DNA of 64,000 nucleotides, from positions 24,998 through 88,997 of the IMG/VR virus record IMGVR_UViG_3300020185_000025; one strand, 5' to 3'. A program made the translations under genes and the position numbers. A model generated the notes under the pieces. It did no database searches, was not told the origin of the DNA, and worked only from the letters and a program-made list of their open reading frames with translations. This document shows, one piece after another, positions 1-9,591 of the stretch; the stretch's first letter is position 1, and each line of letters starts with the position of its first letter. This DNA comes from a virus.

Positions 1-1374
1 ATCATAGAGGACCGCTTTCTGCGAGTCCTCTGCTTTACGTAAACTTCTACCTATTGATTGTAATACTTTAATCTCAGATTTACTTGAGGAAGCAAAGATT
101 ACATTATCAAGTCTTTTAATATTAACACCAGTACTAAACACTCCATAGGATGCGAGTATATTGTGTTTCTTATCGGGGTCGTTTTCAACCAAATGTCGAA
201 TTCGTTCACGTTCTTCTCCTTTTGTAGCTCCGTAAATAAAATGTAACTCTCTACCTTTTTGATGTAACATAGGTTCGAGTATCTTACCGTGCTTCTCTAC
301 TAAATCAAATAGTATTAAATTATTCTGATCTTTAAGAGAATGAACAAGGTTCTTAATAAAGTTGTTTCTCTTTTCGTGGTTAACAATGAATTCGCGTTCA
401 GCCGGCCATTTCTTAACTGATTCTTTGACCTGACCCATTGCCTTTTTAAATGCAGCCTTTTGTTCGTTACTATGGTTCAGTATAATTGCTTTTACTTCAA
501 AGTCAGCAACCGTGCCATCGTCCATAAGTTTCTTTGTGGATACAATTCTTTTGACTTCTCCAAAACAACCTTCAAGTACTAACCTATGAGTCTTACTCTC
601 TGCTGATTTAAGTGTACCTGTAAACCCATGACGGAATTCGCAATCTTCGAGTTTATGCATAATGGTTGTTAATGACTTTGCTTGGAAGGTATGAGCTTCA
701 TCACCCATCACACAACCAAATTGACCAAACCAATTCTTATCTTGTTTAACTAAAGATTGCCATGTAGATATTACTATAGGTGCTTTGGTATTCTTATCAA
801 CTCCACCCTGTATTTTATAGATATCATTTTCATCACAACCGTAATCAACAAAGTCACCAGCCATCTGATGTACCAACGAAATAGTAGGAACAATAATTAA
901 TGTTCTTAATCCAAAGGTTTGATAGTAATGTTGTTGTATTAGGTAAATAATTAAAGACTTACCAGATGATGTCGGTGATAGAGATAAAGATCTGCGGTTA
1001 CGCAAAGCGTTAGTGATATATTCGATCTGATAGTCTCTTGGTTTAAATTTACAGTTAATCGTTTCAGCCAATTCTTCAACGTATCCATCCTCTATGATTT
1101 CTGGTTCTCCGATCTCGGCCGGTGCTTCTAATATATAATCTCTTTGTTCACAAAACTTCTTTAGGTGTGGATATAGACCAACATACAATACAGGACGCAT
1201 TGGTTGAAAGAGTCTAATTGTTCCATCCCATACTCTTGCTTTATATTTAGGACTGAACTGATAGCCTTCTGGTTTAAACGCAAAGAACTCTGATAGTTCA
1301 ACCTTTAAACCTGAGTCAGCCTTAATTCGCATATAGACCGAATTAATATATTCTACTTCTATTCTTTCGCTCAT
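1..1374 (-). CDS. uvsW: UvsW SF2 DNA helicase (3' end runs off window)
   Basis: Not in ORF track. My translation starts MSERIEVEYINSVYMRIKADSG..FAFKPEGYQFSPKYKARVWDG; Walker A SPTSSGKS, GDEAH, ASYGVFSTG, LQSIGRSLRK; adjacent to uvsY. Confidence 0.95.
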   Translation of the reverse strand, partial: MSERIEVEYINSVYMRIKADSGLKVELSEFFAFKPEGYQFSPKYKARVWDGTIRLFQPMRPVLYVGLYPHLKKFCEQRDYILEAPAEIGEPEIIEDGYVEELAETINCKFKPRDYQIEYITNALRNRRSLSLSPTSSGKSLIIYLIQQHYYQTFGLRTLIIVPTISLVHQMAGDFVDYGCDENDIYKIQGGVDKNTKAPIVISTWQSLVKQDKNWFGQFGCVMGDEAHTFQAKSLTTIMHKLEDCEFRHGFTGTLKSAESKTHRLVLEGCFGEVKRIVSTKKLMDDGTVADFEVKAIILNHSNEQKAAFKKAMGQVKESVKKWPAEREFIVNHEKRNNFIKNLVHSLKDQNNLILFDLVEKHGKILEPMLHQKGRELHFIYGATKGEERERIRHLVENDPDKKHNILASYGVFSTGVNIKRLDNVIFASSSKSEIKVLQSIGRSLRKAEDSQKAVLYD

Positions 1375-1838
1375 AATTGTTCCTGAAGCCAACTTGCTTC
1401 TTCTTTACCAACTTTAAAGGCAAACCCTACGGATTGAAACATACCTTTTGGTACCTTTCTCCACAAGTCTTCAGGCTCCTTTGAATAATTTTCTTTTGAT
1501 GTTGCTAATATACAACAATCTCGTTTTAAAAAGAAATCCCAAAATTCATTAAAGGTCCATTCTTTTGAAAACAAAATATCTGAAGTTTCTTTTCTTGAAT
1601 AGATATGTGAACGGTTGATTTTCTTTGGTCTTTTATATTCGTTCTCTTGAATACGTAGTGCAGCTGCTTCAGTAATACCAATGACCGCCCAACCATATTC
1701 TTTTAACATACTTGTTAACGCAAGCAACATACCCTGTCTTACTCGAGGAGTAATTCCTTCTATTTCCTGTATAGAACAAAAGCCATTATAAATGGTTTCT
1801 TTTAATTCAGTAGGTATATCGTTTACGTATGGATTCAT
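1371..1838 (-). CDS. hypothetical protein between uvsY and uvsW
   Basis: 155-aa ORF, ATGA-coupled to neighbours; no recognised motif. Confidence 0.7.
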   Translation of the reverse strand: MNPYVNDIPTELKETIYNGFCSIQEIEGITPRVRQGMLLALTSMLKEYGWAVIGITEAAALRIQENEYKRPKKINRSHIYSRKETSDILFSKEWTFNEFWDFFLKRDCCILATSKENYSKEPEDLWRKVPKGMFQSVGFAFKVGKEEASWLQEQL

Positions 1839-2050
1839 AATTTAATTGCTAATAGTAAAAGTATTGCTATTAACAATACATTTGTGAAAAAGATACCAAT
1901 TGCCAATATCGTATGATACCAAATCCATCTTGTTTTATATGCGTTTTCAATTGTTAATGCCTCAGGGTCAACATCGTCTTTCATCATGTCTATGACAAGA
2001 GTTTCCTGTTTGACTTCAGGCTTTCTCCAAAACTTTGTTAACCAATCCAT
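1835..2050 (-). CDS. small membrane protein
   Basis: C-terminal hydrophobic helix; coupled to uvsY. Confidence 0.7.
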   Translation of the reverse strand: MDWLTKFWRKPEVKQETLVIDMMKDDVDPEALTIENAYKTRWIWYHTILAIGIFFTNVLLIAILLLLAIKL

Positions 2051-2487
2051 TAATAATCCCCTGACTGAAACTTTAGAATATCAATCATATTCTTTACTAC
2101 AAAATTTCTACTGTGTATTGTTTTAATAATATCTTCAAGATAGTTTGCGTTAGCAGTATGAAAATCAATCGTCAAACTAAGTTTGATAATATCTTTATCT
2201 GCTTGAATATGTTTATCCAAATCGTTTCTTATTACCTTTCTTTGAAATGGTTTCCATCCATGTTCCTTTAGCGTTAGTTCATCCATTGAACCATCGTAAT
2301 AGTTACGCTTCTCCATTTCTAATTCTTTATATTCTGCTTTTAATTTTTTGACACGAAGGACTTCCCTATAATACAAGTTATAGTACTTGCTGTGTAGTTC
2401 GGGAATTCGTTTGCTTTCACCAACGAGGTTTGTTTCATCTATTGGAGAATCAGCTGCCCATATTGCTGCTATATCATTTGTGTCCAT
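2050..2487 (-). CDS. uvsY: UvsY recombination mediator
   Basis: W..DS.ID..NL..ES..IP.LHSKY and I..R.F..KN.ID..KF..G pattern; gp3-uvsY-uvsW order. Confidence 0.93.
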   Translation of the reverse strand: MDTNDIAAIWAADSPIDETNLVGESKRIPELHSKYYNLYYREVLRVKKLKAEYKELEMEKRNYYDGSMDELTLKEHGWKPFQRKVIRNDLDKHIQADKDIIKLSLTIDFHTANANYLEDIIKTIHSRNFVVKNMIDILKFQSGDY

Positions 2488-2518
2488 AATCTATCTCAAG
2501 TTTTTTAAATACATTACT

Positions 2519-2547
2519 ATTATATCAAACTTTAAGTTAGATGTCAA
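2519..2547 (-). promoter_or_regulatory. sigma70-type promoter for uvsY-uvsW
   Basis: TTGACA-N17-TATAAT on minus strand. Confidence 0.85.
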
Positions 2548-3142
2548 TAGTTAATATAGTATTTTGTTCTCCAACTCCACGTCTTGCTACTTTATAACCA
2601 AGGTCAATGTATAAGTCTATTGTCTCATCAACTATTTCTTTAGGTGTTAATATGTTTGTCTCAAACTCAATCCAAACAGGCCAACGATCTTTATCTCTTA
2701 ATAAAAGAAAAGGAATAAACGATTGAAGTATTTTACAATCACCGCCTTCAGTATCTATCTTTAATACAGTTACTTTATCAACATCATTCTCTTCAAAGAT
2801 TTCACTAAGTGGAATACAGTCAATATCTATTGTCTTAACAAGCTTTTCAAGATTGTGCTTTTTGTGTTGATAGTGATAATCACCTACTGCATTACAACCA
2901 CGAATCCAAAGTGGAAATTGATGTTCATAAATGGTATGAAGTGGTATATAGTATACTTTATCTTTACCGCGCTCACCATCAAAAGAAACCGCACAATTGA
3001 GTTTCTTAACGTTATTTTTATTTGGTAAACGGTCTAAGTAAAATTGTATAGGATCAATAGATAACCCAACGGTGTCGTGAGTTGCTGTTTGAATAAGAGT
3101 GTCAAAGTCCGAAGTGCCTATCTCAATAAAATCATAATTCAT
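2537..3142 (-). CDS. FkbM-family SAM methyltransferase
   Basis: DFIEIGTSDF, LKIDTEGGD, IEFE motifs. Confidence 0.75.
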   Translation of the reverse strand: MNYDFIEIGTSDFDTLIQTATHDTVGLSIDPIQFYLDRLPNKNNVKKLNCAVSFDGERGKDKVYYIPLHTIYEHQFPLWIRGCNAVGDYHYQHKKHNLEKLVKTIDIDCIPLSEIFEENDVDKVTVLKIDTEGGDCKILQSFIPFLLLRDKDRWPVWIEFETNILTPKEIVDETIDLYIDLGYKVARRGVGEQNTILTIDI

Positions 3143-3157
3143 AATAAAGGTTTCTTG

Positions 3158-3646
3158 TTATATTTGTTCCATAATAAAAGTATCGTATCTCCATGACACA
3201 TTTGTAGTTGCATATGCTACATCAGTATTGTTTACATCAAGACTAACACCACCCAAACCAATAGGAAAGCAATTCTTGAATGTAAATCTTACATGAGGAT
3301 TCTTGTGAGAGTTTGTGATAGTACAAATTAAGTCTGATTCAAAACCAATCTTTTCTCTTAACTTGTTTTGTGTGGTAGTTTCTGGAGCAGAATAACCTTG
3401 GATCCAATCTAAGATCTCTTTATAGTTATTCATGTCTTCGTCAACAATCATCGTAGTTTGCAGTTCACCATAATCCAATCTATCGCCATATTCATATATG
3501 TTGGACAGAGGATTGCTAATGGTTTGTGCAGTAGCGGTTATGTCTGGAATCGTAAGCTTTTGAGTAAAGAATTCTACATTTGGGAGTCTCTCTATACTAA
3601 TCGTAAAATTAGTAGGAGATAAGTAGTTATTAATAATTTCAGCCAT
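3158..3646 (-). CDS. T4 gp3-like tail completion / sheath stabiliser
   Basis: NYLSPTNF..RLPNVEFF, VDEDMNNY.EI.DWI, F.NCFPI.L; position beside uvsY. Confidence 0.85.
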   Translation of the reverse strand: MAEIINNYLSPTNFTISIERLPNVEFFTQKLTIPDITATAQTISNPLSNIYEYGDRLDYGELQTTMIVDEDMNNYKEILDWIQGYSAPETTTQNKLREKIGFESDLICTITNSHKNPHVRFTFKNCFPIGLGGVSLDVNNTDVAYATTNVSWRYDTFIMEQI

Positions 3647-3712
3647 TTGTTAATCCTAGTAAAATAATACCTTTCTTGTATAGTATTATTTATTAGAATT
3701 GAGTCGGTGTAA

Positions 3713-4444
3713 TTATTCTTCGTTGGTAAGATAGACCATGAATGCACAACACTTGGACCAATCACCAGCAGCTAACCATTTATCATCAGCAGCCAATGCC
3801 ATGTGTTTCTTGTCCATCCATCGTACTTTTTTGAACTGAGGTAATAGATTGTCTCTTACTTTTTGCCATTGCTTTGCAGCACCAGGATAACAGCTTAAGT
3901 GAAACTCAACTGCTATGTGTTTAACGTTTGTAGTTAAATAAGGCATATTCAATTCGGTAAAGACTCCATACTCTCCACCTTCACAATCTATTTTGAGGTA
4001 ATCAATCTTTGGTATATTATAATCTACAACAAGATCGAGGAATGACATCTTTTTAAATTCATCGTATTCAGAGAATACATTATTAAAATGATTTGCAGTA
4101 GAACCTATTCCTGCTTCGATTGGAATAACCGGAATCTTACCGTGATCAATAAAGTAATCCGAAACATTGCGGATAAGAGTTTTGAGATGAGGTCTTGAAG
4201 GCTCGATAGCATATATTTTAGAAGCTTTACGATCAAGAGCGTGAGCGACAAAGAACCCAACACAAGCACCAATATCAACAACAACATCACCTGGCTCAAC
4301 ATCACGCCACCATTTGTAATCCATCCTATGAAAGAATTCAATGAATTGTGCATTAACATCTGGTAAGGGTAATCCGTCTGTTGATAAATGTAGGTTTAAG
4401 TATTTGTTAGTATCTTGATTTTCGTAATCTTCTTTTCTGCTCAT
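3713..4444 (-). CDS. FkbM-family SAM methyltransferase
   Basis: VVVDIGACVG, AIEP, IDYLKIDCEGGEY, IAVEFH. Confidence 0.85.
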   Translation of the reverse strand: MSRKEDYENQDTNKYLNLHLSTDGLPLPDVNAQFIEFFHRMDYKWWRDVEPGDVVVDIGACVGFFVAHALDRKASKIYAIEPSRPHLKTLIRNVSDYFIDHGKIPVIPIEAGIGSTANHFNNVFSEYDEFKKMSFLDLVVDYNIPKIDYLKIDCEGGEYGVFTELNMPYLTTNVKHIAVEFHLSCYPGAAKQWQKVRDNLLPQFKKVRWMDKKHMALAADDKWLAAGDWSKCCAFMVYLTNEE

Positions 4445-4445
4445 G

Positions 4446-4607
4446 TCACCAATGCCTTATAGTATTTGCCATAATAAAGAAACACGTTAAAAAGTTTACT
4501 CCAACAATAATCGTTCTTAATAACATAACATAATCGTCATAAGGTTCTGTCTTATCGTCAGAGAAACCACCTAATGAGTATTTCCATATCAATTTAAGTT
4601 TATTCAT
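4446..4607 (-). CDS. small membrane protein (53 aa)
   Basis: Not in track; MNKLKLIWKYSLGGFSDDKTEPYDDYVMLLRTIIVGVNFLTCFFIMANTIRHW fills the intergenic gap. Confidence 0.7.
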   Translation of the reverse strand: MNKLKLIWKYSLGGFSDDKTEPYDDYVMLLRTIIVGVNFLTCFFIMANTIRHW

Positions 4608-4613
4608 TATTAT

Positions 4614-4898
4614 TTATTCTTCCTCGGCTAATGTATAATCCTCGAGCATATTACGAGCATACTTCGCCATTTGTTCTAATTTGTTAACTAATAGTTCTGC
4701 ATCAGGAATATCAATAGGTCTAATTTTGTCACCAATCAAATAACCTTCAAAATGATTCTCAATTAAAGCCTCAAAGTCAAATGTTATTTCTGCGACAGGA
4801 TCACAAGAACCTTCTCCCACATAAACGCAGACACCAAATCCTTCTTCGGATACAAATCCTGCGGTGTCTATTTCAATTTGAGTAATTACACTATCCAT
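4614..4898 (-). CDS. acidic hypothetical protein
   Basis: 94-aa ORF coupled to gp52 stop. Confidence 0.65.
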   Translation of the reverse strand: MDSVITQIEIDTAGFVSEEGFGVCVYVGEGSCDPVAEITFDFEALIENHFEGYLIGDKIRPIDIPDAELLVNKLEQMAKYARNMLEDYTLAEEE

Positions 4899-6241
4899 TA
4901 TACATTCTCCAAGTCAGTTGTAAATTGTTCGTTAGGGGTTGTCTTTTGCCAAAAGCTTAATGTTGTTTTAGATTCTTCAATCTGTTTCTTTAACTTTACA
5001 ATCTCTTCATTGGTTGCATTTAAGAAACTTAATGCGAGCAATCTGTTTGTGTCACCTCCTAGTGCAGACGTCTCTTGCATTATTTGATTGACGACCTGTT
5101 CTTTAGTATTATTTTTATATACTATACGATCATCAATATTTGCTTGAATGAATTCCATTTTAACATTAAGCCAACGGACCTCTTCATTAAACTCTTTTAT
5201 ACGAGCATCAATTCTCTGCTGCAATATACCTAAACGGTAATCACAAAAGTCCTTTATAAGGTCTCGAGCATCTGTGTATTCTCGAAGTTTGCCATCAAAA
5301 TCAATCACTGTGAGGTTTTGAGCGAATGGCTTACTGAGTTTAAACTTGCTAATAAGTTTGGTATCATTCCATTTAACAGAAGAAAGTTTAAGCTTTACTT
5401 CAAAACGGAAACCGTCCTTATTACATTTATCTTCGTAGGATACGATATCTCCTTCTTCTTCCAACTTATCGAGTACCTTAACATAACCTTCTCGGTCAAA
5501 GCCGTATGGTACCTCTGTGATGGAGACGCCTGTTTTACCAGTGCGTTTGAAGATACCATACGAAACATATTTTGTTGGGTCTTCTTTTGATTGTTCGACT
5601 GTTCCTTTAAACTCAGGAAACATAACTTTAGGCTTTGTGGTAATTTTACCTTTATCCAAATATTGAATACAAGCCTTCTTTAAATCTTTTGGATTGTGCG
5701 GTAGTATATTCGTTGCGAATCCAGTTGCGATTCCTTTTGTTCCATTTACAAGTACCAAAGGAATGATAGGCAAATAGAACTGAGGTGGTTCGTGTTCAGG
5801 ATCTTCGTGAATAGGAGCAAGATCAACATCTTTTATGTATTTGTTGAAATTGTCATGTACTCTTGAATAGACATAACGAGCAGCACCAGCTTCTTGAACC
5901 AATCGAGTACCAAATGATCCTCGACCTTCAATTAAGCAAATGTTGTTATTCCATTCTGCGGCCATGAGTTGTCCTGCACCAGCGGCAGATGATTCACCAT
6001 GATTATAACCGTAGTCAGAAATAATACCAGAGACTGCAGATACCTTTTTGAAATCCTTCTTGCTATTTAATAAAGAAGAATAAAGGTAGAACCTTTGAAC
6101 AGGTTTCAGTCCATCAATCATATTAGGTATTGCTCTGCTCTCAACAGTATACATCGCGAATGATTTCCATTCGTTGGAAGCAACCTTTGAGATAGGATAG
6201 TTTTTACCCAATAGCGTTTCAGTAAACATTTCTAAATTCAT
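4898..6241 (-). CDS. DNA topoisomerase II, gp52 (GyrA/ParC-like) subunit
   Basis: RAIPNMIDGLKPVQR, YNHGE, GSFG, AARY catalytic Tyr, NGTKGIATGF. Confidence 0.95.
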   Translation of the reverse strand: MNLEMFTETLLGKNYPISKVASNEWKSFAMYTVESRAIPNMIDGLKPVQRFYLYSSLLNSKKDFKKVSAVSGIISDYGYNHGESSAAGAGQLMAAEWNNNICLIEGRGSFGTRLVQEAGAARYVYSRVHDNFNKYIKDVDLAPIHEDPEHEPPQFYLPIIPLVLVNGTKGIATGFATNILPHNPKDLKKACIQYLDKGKITTKPKVMFPEFKGTVEQSKEDPTKYVSYGIFKRTGKTGVSITEVPYGFDREGYVKVLDKLEEEGDIVSYEDKCNKDGFRFEVKLKLSSVKWNDTKLISKFKLSKPFAQNLTVIDFDGKLREYTDARDLIKDFCDYRLGILQQRIDARIKEFNEEVRWLNVKMEFIQANIDDRIVYKNNTKEQVVNQIMQETSALGGDTNRLLALSFLNATNEEIVKLKKQIEESKTTLSFWQKTTPNEQFTTDLENV

Positions 6242-8079
6242 GCGAACATATACTCCTTTCTTAAACTTGAATCTTTTCCAAACATCATTTGAAATACCGA
6301 AGCATCATCAACAGTAACAGTGTCATACTGAGGTTTGTTAATAATGTCGTGGTATTCATCTTCAGTTAAGGAACCAAGACCTTTAATATATCTATGCTTA
6401 TAGCCGTCGTTCTTTTTGAACTCCTGAGCATCTTCATAAGTATAGAACCATTTAACCGTAGATCCTTTTGTTGAGATCATAATTGGTGTTCTTGTAATTT
6501 GAACACGATTCTCTAAAAGTAATCGAGGCCAAAATTTGTAAAAGAATGCAATTAACAGTGGACTGATATGTCCTATACCGTCATGGTCAGCATCAGTTAA
6601 TGTAGCAATATATTTGTATGTCATATTGTCCACACTGTCTGGATCGTTAATATCGAGACCCAGAACTGCTACCAATTCCGATAGTTCTTTATTCTTTAAT
6701 ACTTCAGCAGGTTTCATATCCCAGGTATTCATAATCACACCACGTAATGGAAAAGCTCCAATCGTATCAGGATCACGTACCTTTAATAAGAATCCCATTG
6801 CCGAATCACCTTCCACAATTTTCAGAGTAGCATCATCTTTGTTAGCAGAGATATGTTTCGCAACTTTTACCTTACGTAACTTTTTCTGAGCCAATGTTGC
6901 AGCTCTTCTATCCGCGGCTAGCTTCTTTGCCAGTTGAGCTTCAATAATAGGATCAATTATATCAGGAGTATTTAATATCTTCTGCGCAAGCCACTCAGCA
7001 TCACGTACCTGACAGATATCTAGGTGTTCCTTGATATTACCAATTGGATTAGTTAGACGTTCTTTTGTTTGAGAATCAAATTTAGGATTCACAAAGTTAC
7101 GAGCAAACATAACGAATGTAATACCACTCTTGATCGTTGTCTTTAATACTTCGACCTTATGACGTCTTTTAATTTTGACTGTTAACGAATCAATAATAGT
7201 ATTCATAAAGTGGTCAACATAAGTACCACCCTGTCTTGTATTCACACCATTGATAAAACTGTTAGTTCTGAATCCATCTTCCGAAGGAGCAATGAAGTAA
7301 GACAGATTGTTTGTCTTCTCCATGATAGTCGTATCAGAAAACATATCAGCATACTTCTTGAAATTATTAATAGCAACCTTCTTTTTATTAAAGGAAAACT
7401 GAATCTCAGGAAATGCCATCTGTAAACTTATCAGACGATCTTCAATTAATATGATCGTATCAAGTTGGTCCAATGATTCAACCTCAAACAAATCAAAGTC
7501 AGGAACAAAAGATACCTCAGTACCAGTTCCTGCTTTTGAACCTTTCTTGATCTTCATGGTATCAGCGCCGTCTTTACAGTCAAGTTGAATTGACTTTCCG
7601 TTAGACCATGTTTTACCAGTGAATGATTTAGATAGGAAGTTGGTTGCAGCTGAACCGACACCGTTAGTACCGATCGTTACTCGTTCGTCATCAAACGAAG
7701 TACCTGCATTAACTTTTGTCCAAGCCGCTACAGGTCGTAAGATGTTTGCTTGCATCGCCTCGTCAAAGATCTGGTCTTGAGGAATACCTCGACCGTTATC
7801 AGTGACGGTTACTTCGTTGTTATTAATAGATACATTAATCTTGTTAGCAAATTTGAAGTTGGTACGGATTGCTTCATCAATTGAGTTGTCAAGTATTTCG
7901 TCAACCATTTTTGATAGTGCAGGTACATACGTAGCTTTCTTCCATTCTCCAAGGATGAATCTTTCGATCTCCTCTTTTGAACTTGAACCCATGTACATAC
8001 CGATCCTCTCTCGAACGTGCTGTCGAGCTGTGAGGATTCTGAACTGTTCGTTTTGTTTAGTCAAATCATTATTCTCCAT
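6238..8079 (-). CDS. DNA topoisomerase II large subunit (fused gp39+gp60)
   Basis: EILDNSIDE, DNGRGIP, GTNGVG, VEGDSA, PLRG, DADHDG, YIKGLG; start moved to ATG 8079 because a promoter overlaps the longer start. Confidence 0.95.
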   Translation of the reverse strand: MENNDLTKQNEQFRILTARQHVRERIGMYMGSSSKEEIERFILGEWKKATYVPALSKMVDEILDNSIDEAIRTNFKFANKINVSINNNEVTVTDNGRGIPQDQIFDEAMQANILRPVAAWTKVNAGTSFDDERVTIGTNGVGSAATNFLSKSFTGKTWSNGKSIQLDCKDGADTMKIKKGSKAGTGTEVSFVPDFDLFEVESLDQLDTIILIEDRLISLQMAFPEIQFSFNKKKVAINNFKKYADMFSDTTIMEKTNNLSYFIAPSEDGFRTNSFINGVNTRQGGTYVDHFMNTIIDSLTVKIKRRHKVEVLKTTIKSGITFVMFARNFVNPKFDSQTKERLTNPIGNIKEHLDICQVRDAEWLAQKILNTPDIIDPIIEAQLAKKLAADRRAATLAQKKLRKVKVAKHISANKDDATLKIVEGDSAMGFLLKVRDPDTIGAFPLRGVIMNTWDMKPAEVLKNKELSELVAVLGLDINDPDSVDNMTYKYIATLTDADHDGIGHISPLLIAFFYKFWPRLLLENRVQITRTPIMISTKGSTVKWFYTYEDAQEFKKNDGYKHRYIKGLGSLTEDEYHDIINKPQYDTVTVDDASVFQMMFGKDSSLRKEYMFA

Positions 8080-8089
8080 ATCAACCATC

Positions 8090-8118
8090 ATTATAACACA
8101 GTTTGCTGTCGATGTCAA
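8090..8118 (-). promoter_or_regulatory. sigma70-type promoter (topoisomerase)
   Basis: TTGACA-N17-TATAAT. Confidence 0.85.
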
Positions 8119-8197
8119 TAGTTATTTAAATTAACTTCAAGGCTACATCCTTCCGAATCATGCTTTACAACCTTCTCAATCAATTCGTTATGATACC

Positions 8198-8226
8198 ATT
8201 ATACAATAGTTCTTTGTGAATGTCAA
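8198..8226 (-). promoter_or_regulatory. sigma70-type promoter
   Basis: TTGACA-N17-TATAAT on minus strand. Confidence 0.8.
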
Positions 8227-8302
8227 CCATTATTTTCGTGGTACCTCAACTATCTATATATTGTATAAGGAGTCGTTTCCTGAAAATAATTTCAGAAAAC
8301 CA

Positions 8303-8331
8303 TTGACATCTGCAGTTGAACCAGTTATAAT
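8303..8331 (+). promoter_or_regulatory. sigma70-type early promoter
   Basis: TTGACA-N17-TATAAT, A-rich upstream. Confidence 0.85.
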
Positions 8332-8374
8332 AGATTTATCAAATCGAAACCACAAATAGAAAAAGGAGAAAATT

Positions 8375-8566
8375 ATGGGATTAACAAATGAACAAATAAC
8401 ACTGCTTGCGCAGCAATCCACCGTAGGTGGCAAACAAAGGTATACTGAATCACAAATTAGGGATATGGTTGGAGCACCATCAATTGAAGAGGATCAACTC
8501 TGCGGTTGTGGAGACAATATCAATATCTGTCCTGATGCCTACGAACACATGACTCACGGAGTCTAA
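8375..8566 (+). CDS. small Cys/His hypothetical protein
   Basis: AGGAG RBS; CGCG..C...Y.HM possible metal site. Confidence 0.7.
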   Translation: MGLTNEQITLLAQQSTVGGKQRYTESQIRDMVGAPSIEEDQLCGCGDNINICPDAYEHMTHGV

Positions 8567-8613
8567 TATTCAGTTTGGTTATAACCATATAACTAAATGA
8601 TCTAAATAAACTA

Positions 8614-8642
8614 TTGACATTTGTTATGAAACCGTTTATAAT
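8614..8642 (+). promoter_or_regulatory. sigma70-type early promoter
   Basis: TTGACA-N17-TATAAT. Confidence 0.85.
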
Positions 8643-8675
8643 ATCTATATTAAATAATTGAAAAGGAATAGGAAC

Positions 8676-8774
8676 ATGGTTGAAGTATTGGTTAGAATTA
8701 CAGTCGCAATCGCATCCTTTATTATTATTGCTGCAATTGCAGTGACAGTTTCAACATTTATCATAACTTTGTGA
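8676..8774 (+). CDS. 32-aa single-TM peptide
   Basis: Not in track; own promoter and AGGA RBS; MVEVLVRITVAIASFIIIAAIAVTVSTFIITL. Confidence 0.55.
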   Translation: MVEVLVRITVAIASFIIIAAIAVTVSTFIITL

Positions 8775-8793
8775 AAATAAATGAAAATAACTA

Positions 8794-8822
8794 TTGACAT
8801 CGTAAGGAAACTGTGTTATAAT
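8794..8822 (+). promoter_or_regulatory. sigma70-type early promoter
   Basis: TTGACA-N17-TATAAT with TG extension. Confidence 0.85.
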
Positions 8823-8853
8823 TGTTGTATAAATTAAATCAATGGGAGTTGTT

Positions 8854-9204
8854 ATGAATTTAGAAAACTATAAAATCAAACCACGGTCGGAGTTCGTTTC
8901 GACTAGTCTTCAAGGCTATATCACATGTTCTTACGCAGAACTGGTTAAAGTCTTCGGCGAACCAACATGTACAGAAACCTCAGGTGACGGCAAAGTCGAC
9001 ATTGAGTGGGAAATGCAAGTTGAGGATTTCGATCACAATGCAATCCGTCCTTTTACCATTTATAATTGGAAAGACTATGACGGAGGATTTGATGCAAGAT
9101 CCAATCCTATTTACAGATGGCATATTGGTGGTACCTCTGGTATCGTCTCTGCTTATGTAACTGAATACTTTAATAATACATTAAATTACTCGGAGGCAGT
9201 GTAA
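8854..9204 (+). CDS. hypothetical early protein
   Basis: TSLQGYI..Y..LV..FGEP..DGKV..EW..TIYNWK..WHIGG; GGAG RBS. Confidence 0.75.
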   Translation: MNLENYKIKPRSEFVSTSLQGYITCSYAELVKVFGEPTCTETSGDGKVDIEWEMQVEDFDHNAIRPFTIYNWKDYDGGFDARSNPIYRWHIGGTSGIVSAYVTEYFNNTLNYSEAV

Positions 9205-9443
9205 TGAAAAAATTAAGTTCTTACGAAGTGATCATGCGTGAATTGACCAAAATGAAAAAGAAGTACGAAAAGGAAGAAGCTAACAAAGAACGTAAAGAAG
9301 CAGCAAAGAATGAACGTGCTGTCAACAAGTTAGCAAAGATGAAAGACTTTGCCTTGTATTCTGATGACAAGTTTGATGCTACTTCAGAATTGAATTTAAC
9401 TCCTTCTTATGATGAAGGTGGAATCAATCCTGAATGGAACTAG
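9204..9443 (+). CDS. hypothetical protein
   Basis: TAATG-coupled ORF. Confidence 0.65.
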   Translation: MKKLSSYEVIMRELTKMKKKYEKEEANKERKEAAKNERAVNKLAKMKDFALYSDDKFDATSELNLTPSYDEGGINPEWN

Positions 9444-9589
9444 TACTTGTTTTAGGGTCATACCTATTGATCTTGATTCTTGTGATTGCATTTATCAAGA
9501 TCATTCTAGGTGGATTGGAATTCATTTGGAATAATGTTTTTACAATCATTGCGATTATATTATTAATTAGTTTACTTATGGGTATTTAA
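9434..9589 (+). CDS. 51-aa hydrophobic membrane peptide
   Basis: Not in track; MELVLVLGSYLLILILVIAFIKIILGGLEFIWNNVFTIIAIILLISLLMGI fills gap. Confidence 0.55.
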   Translation: MELVLVLGSYLLILILVIAFIKIILGGLEFIWNNVFTIIAIILLISLLMGI

Positions 9590-9591
9590 GT

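Noticed and set aside
1371-1838. Homing endonuclease between uvsY and uvsW
   Set aside because: Only a vague H..EN pattern; no convincing HNH, GIY-YIG or LAGLIDADG motif
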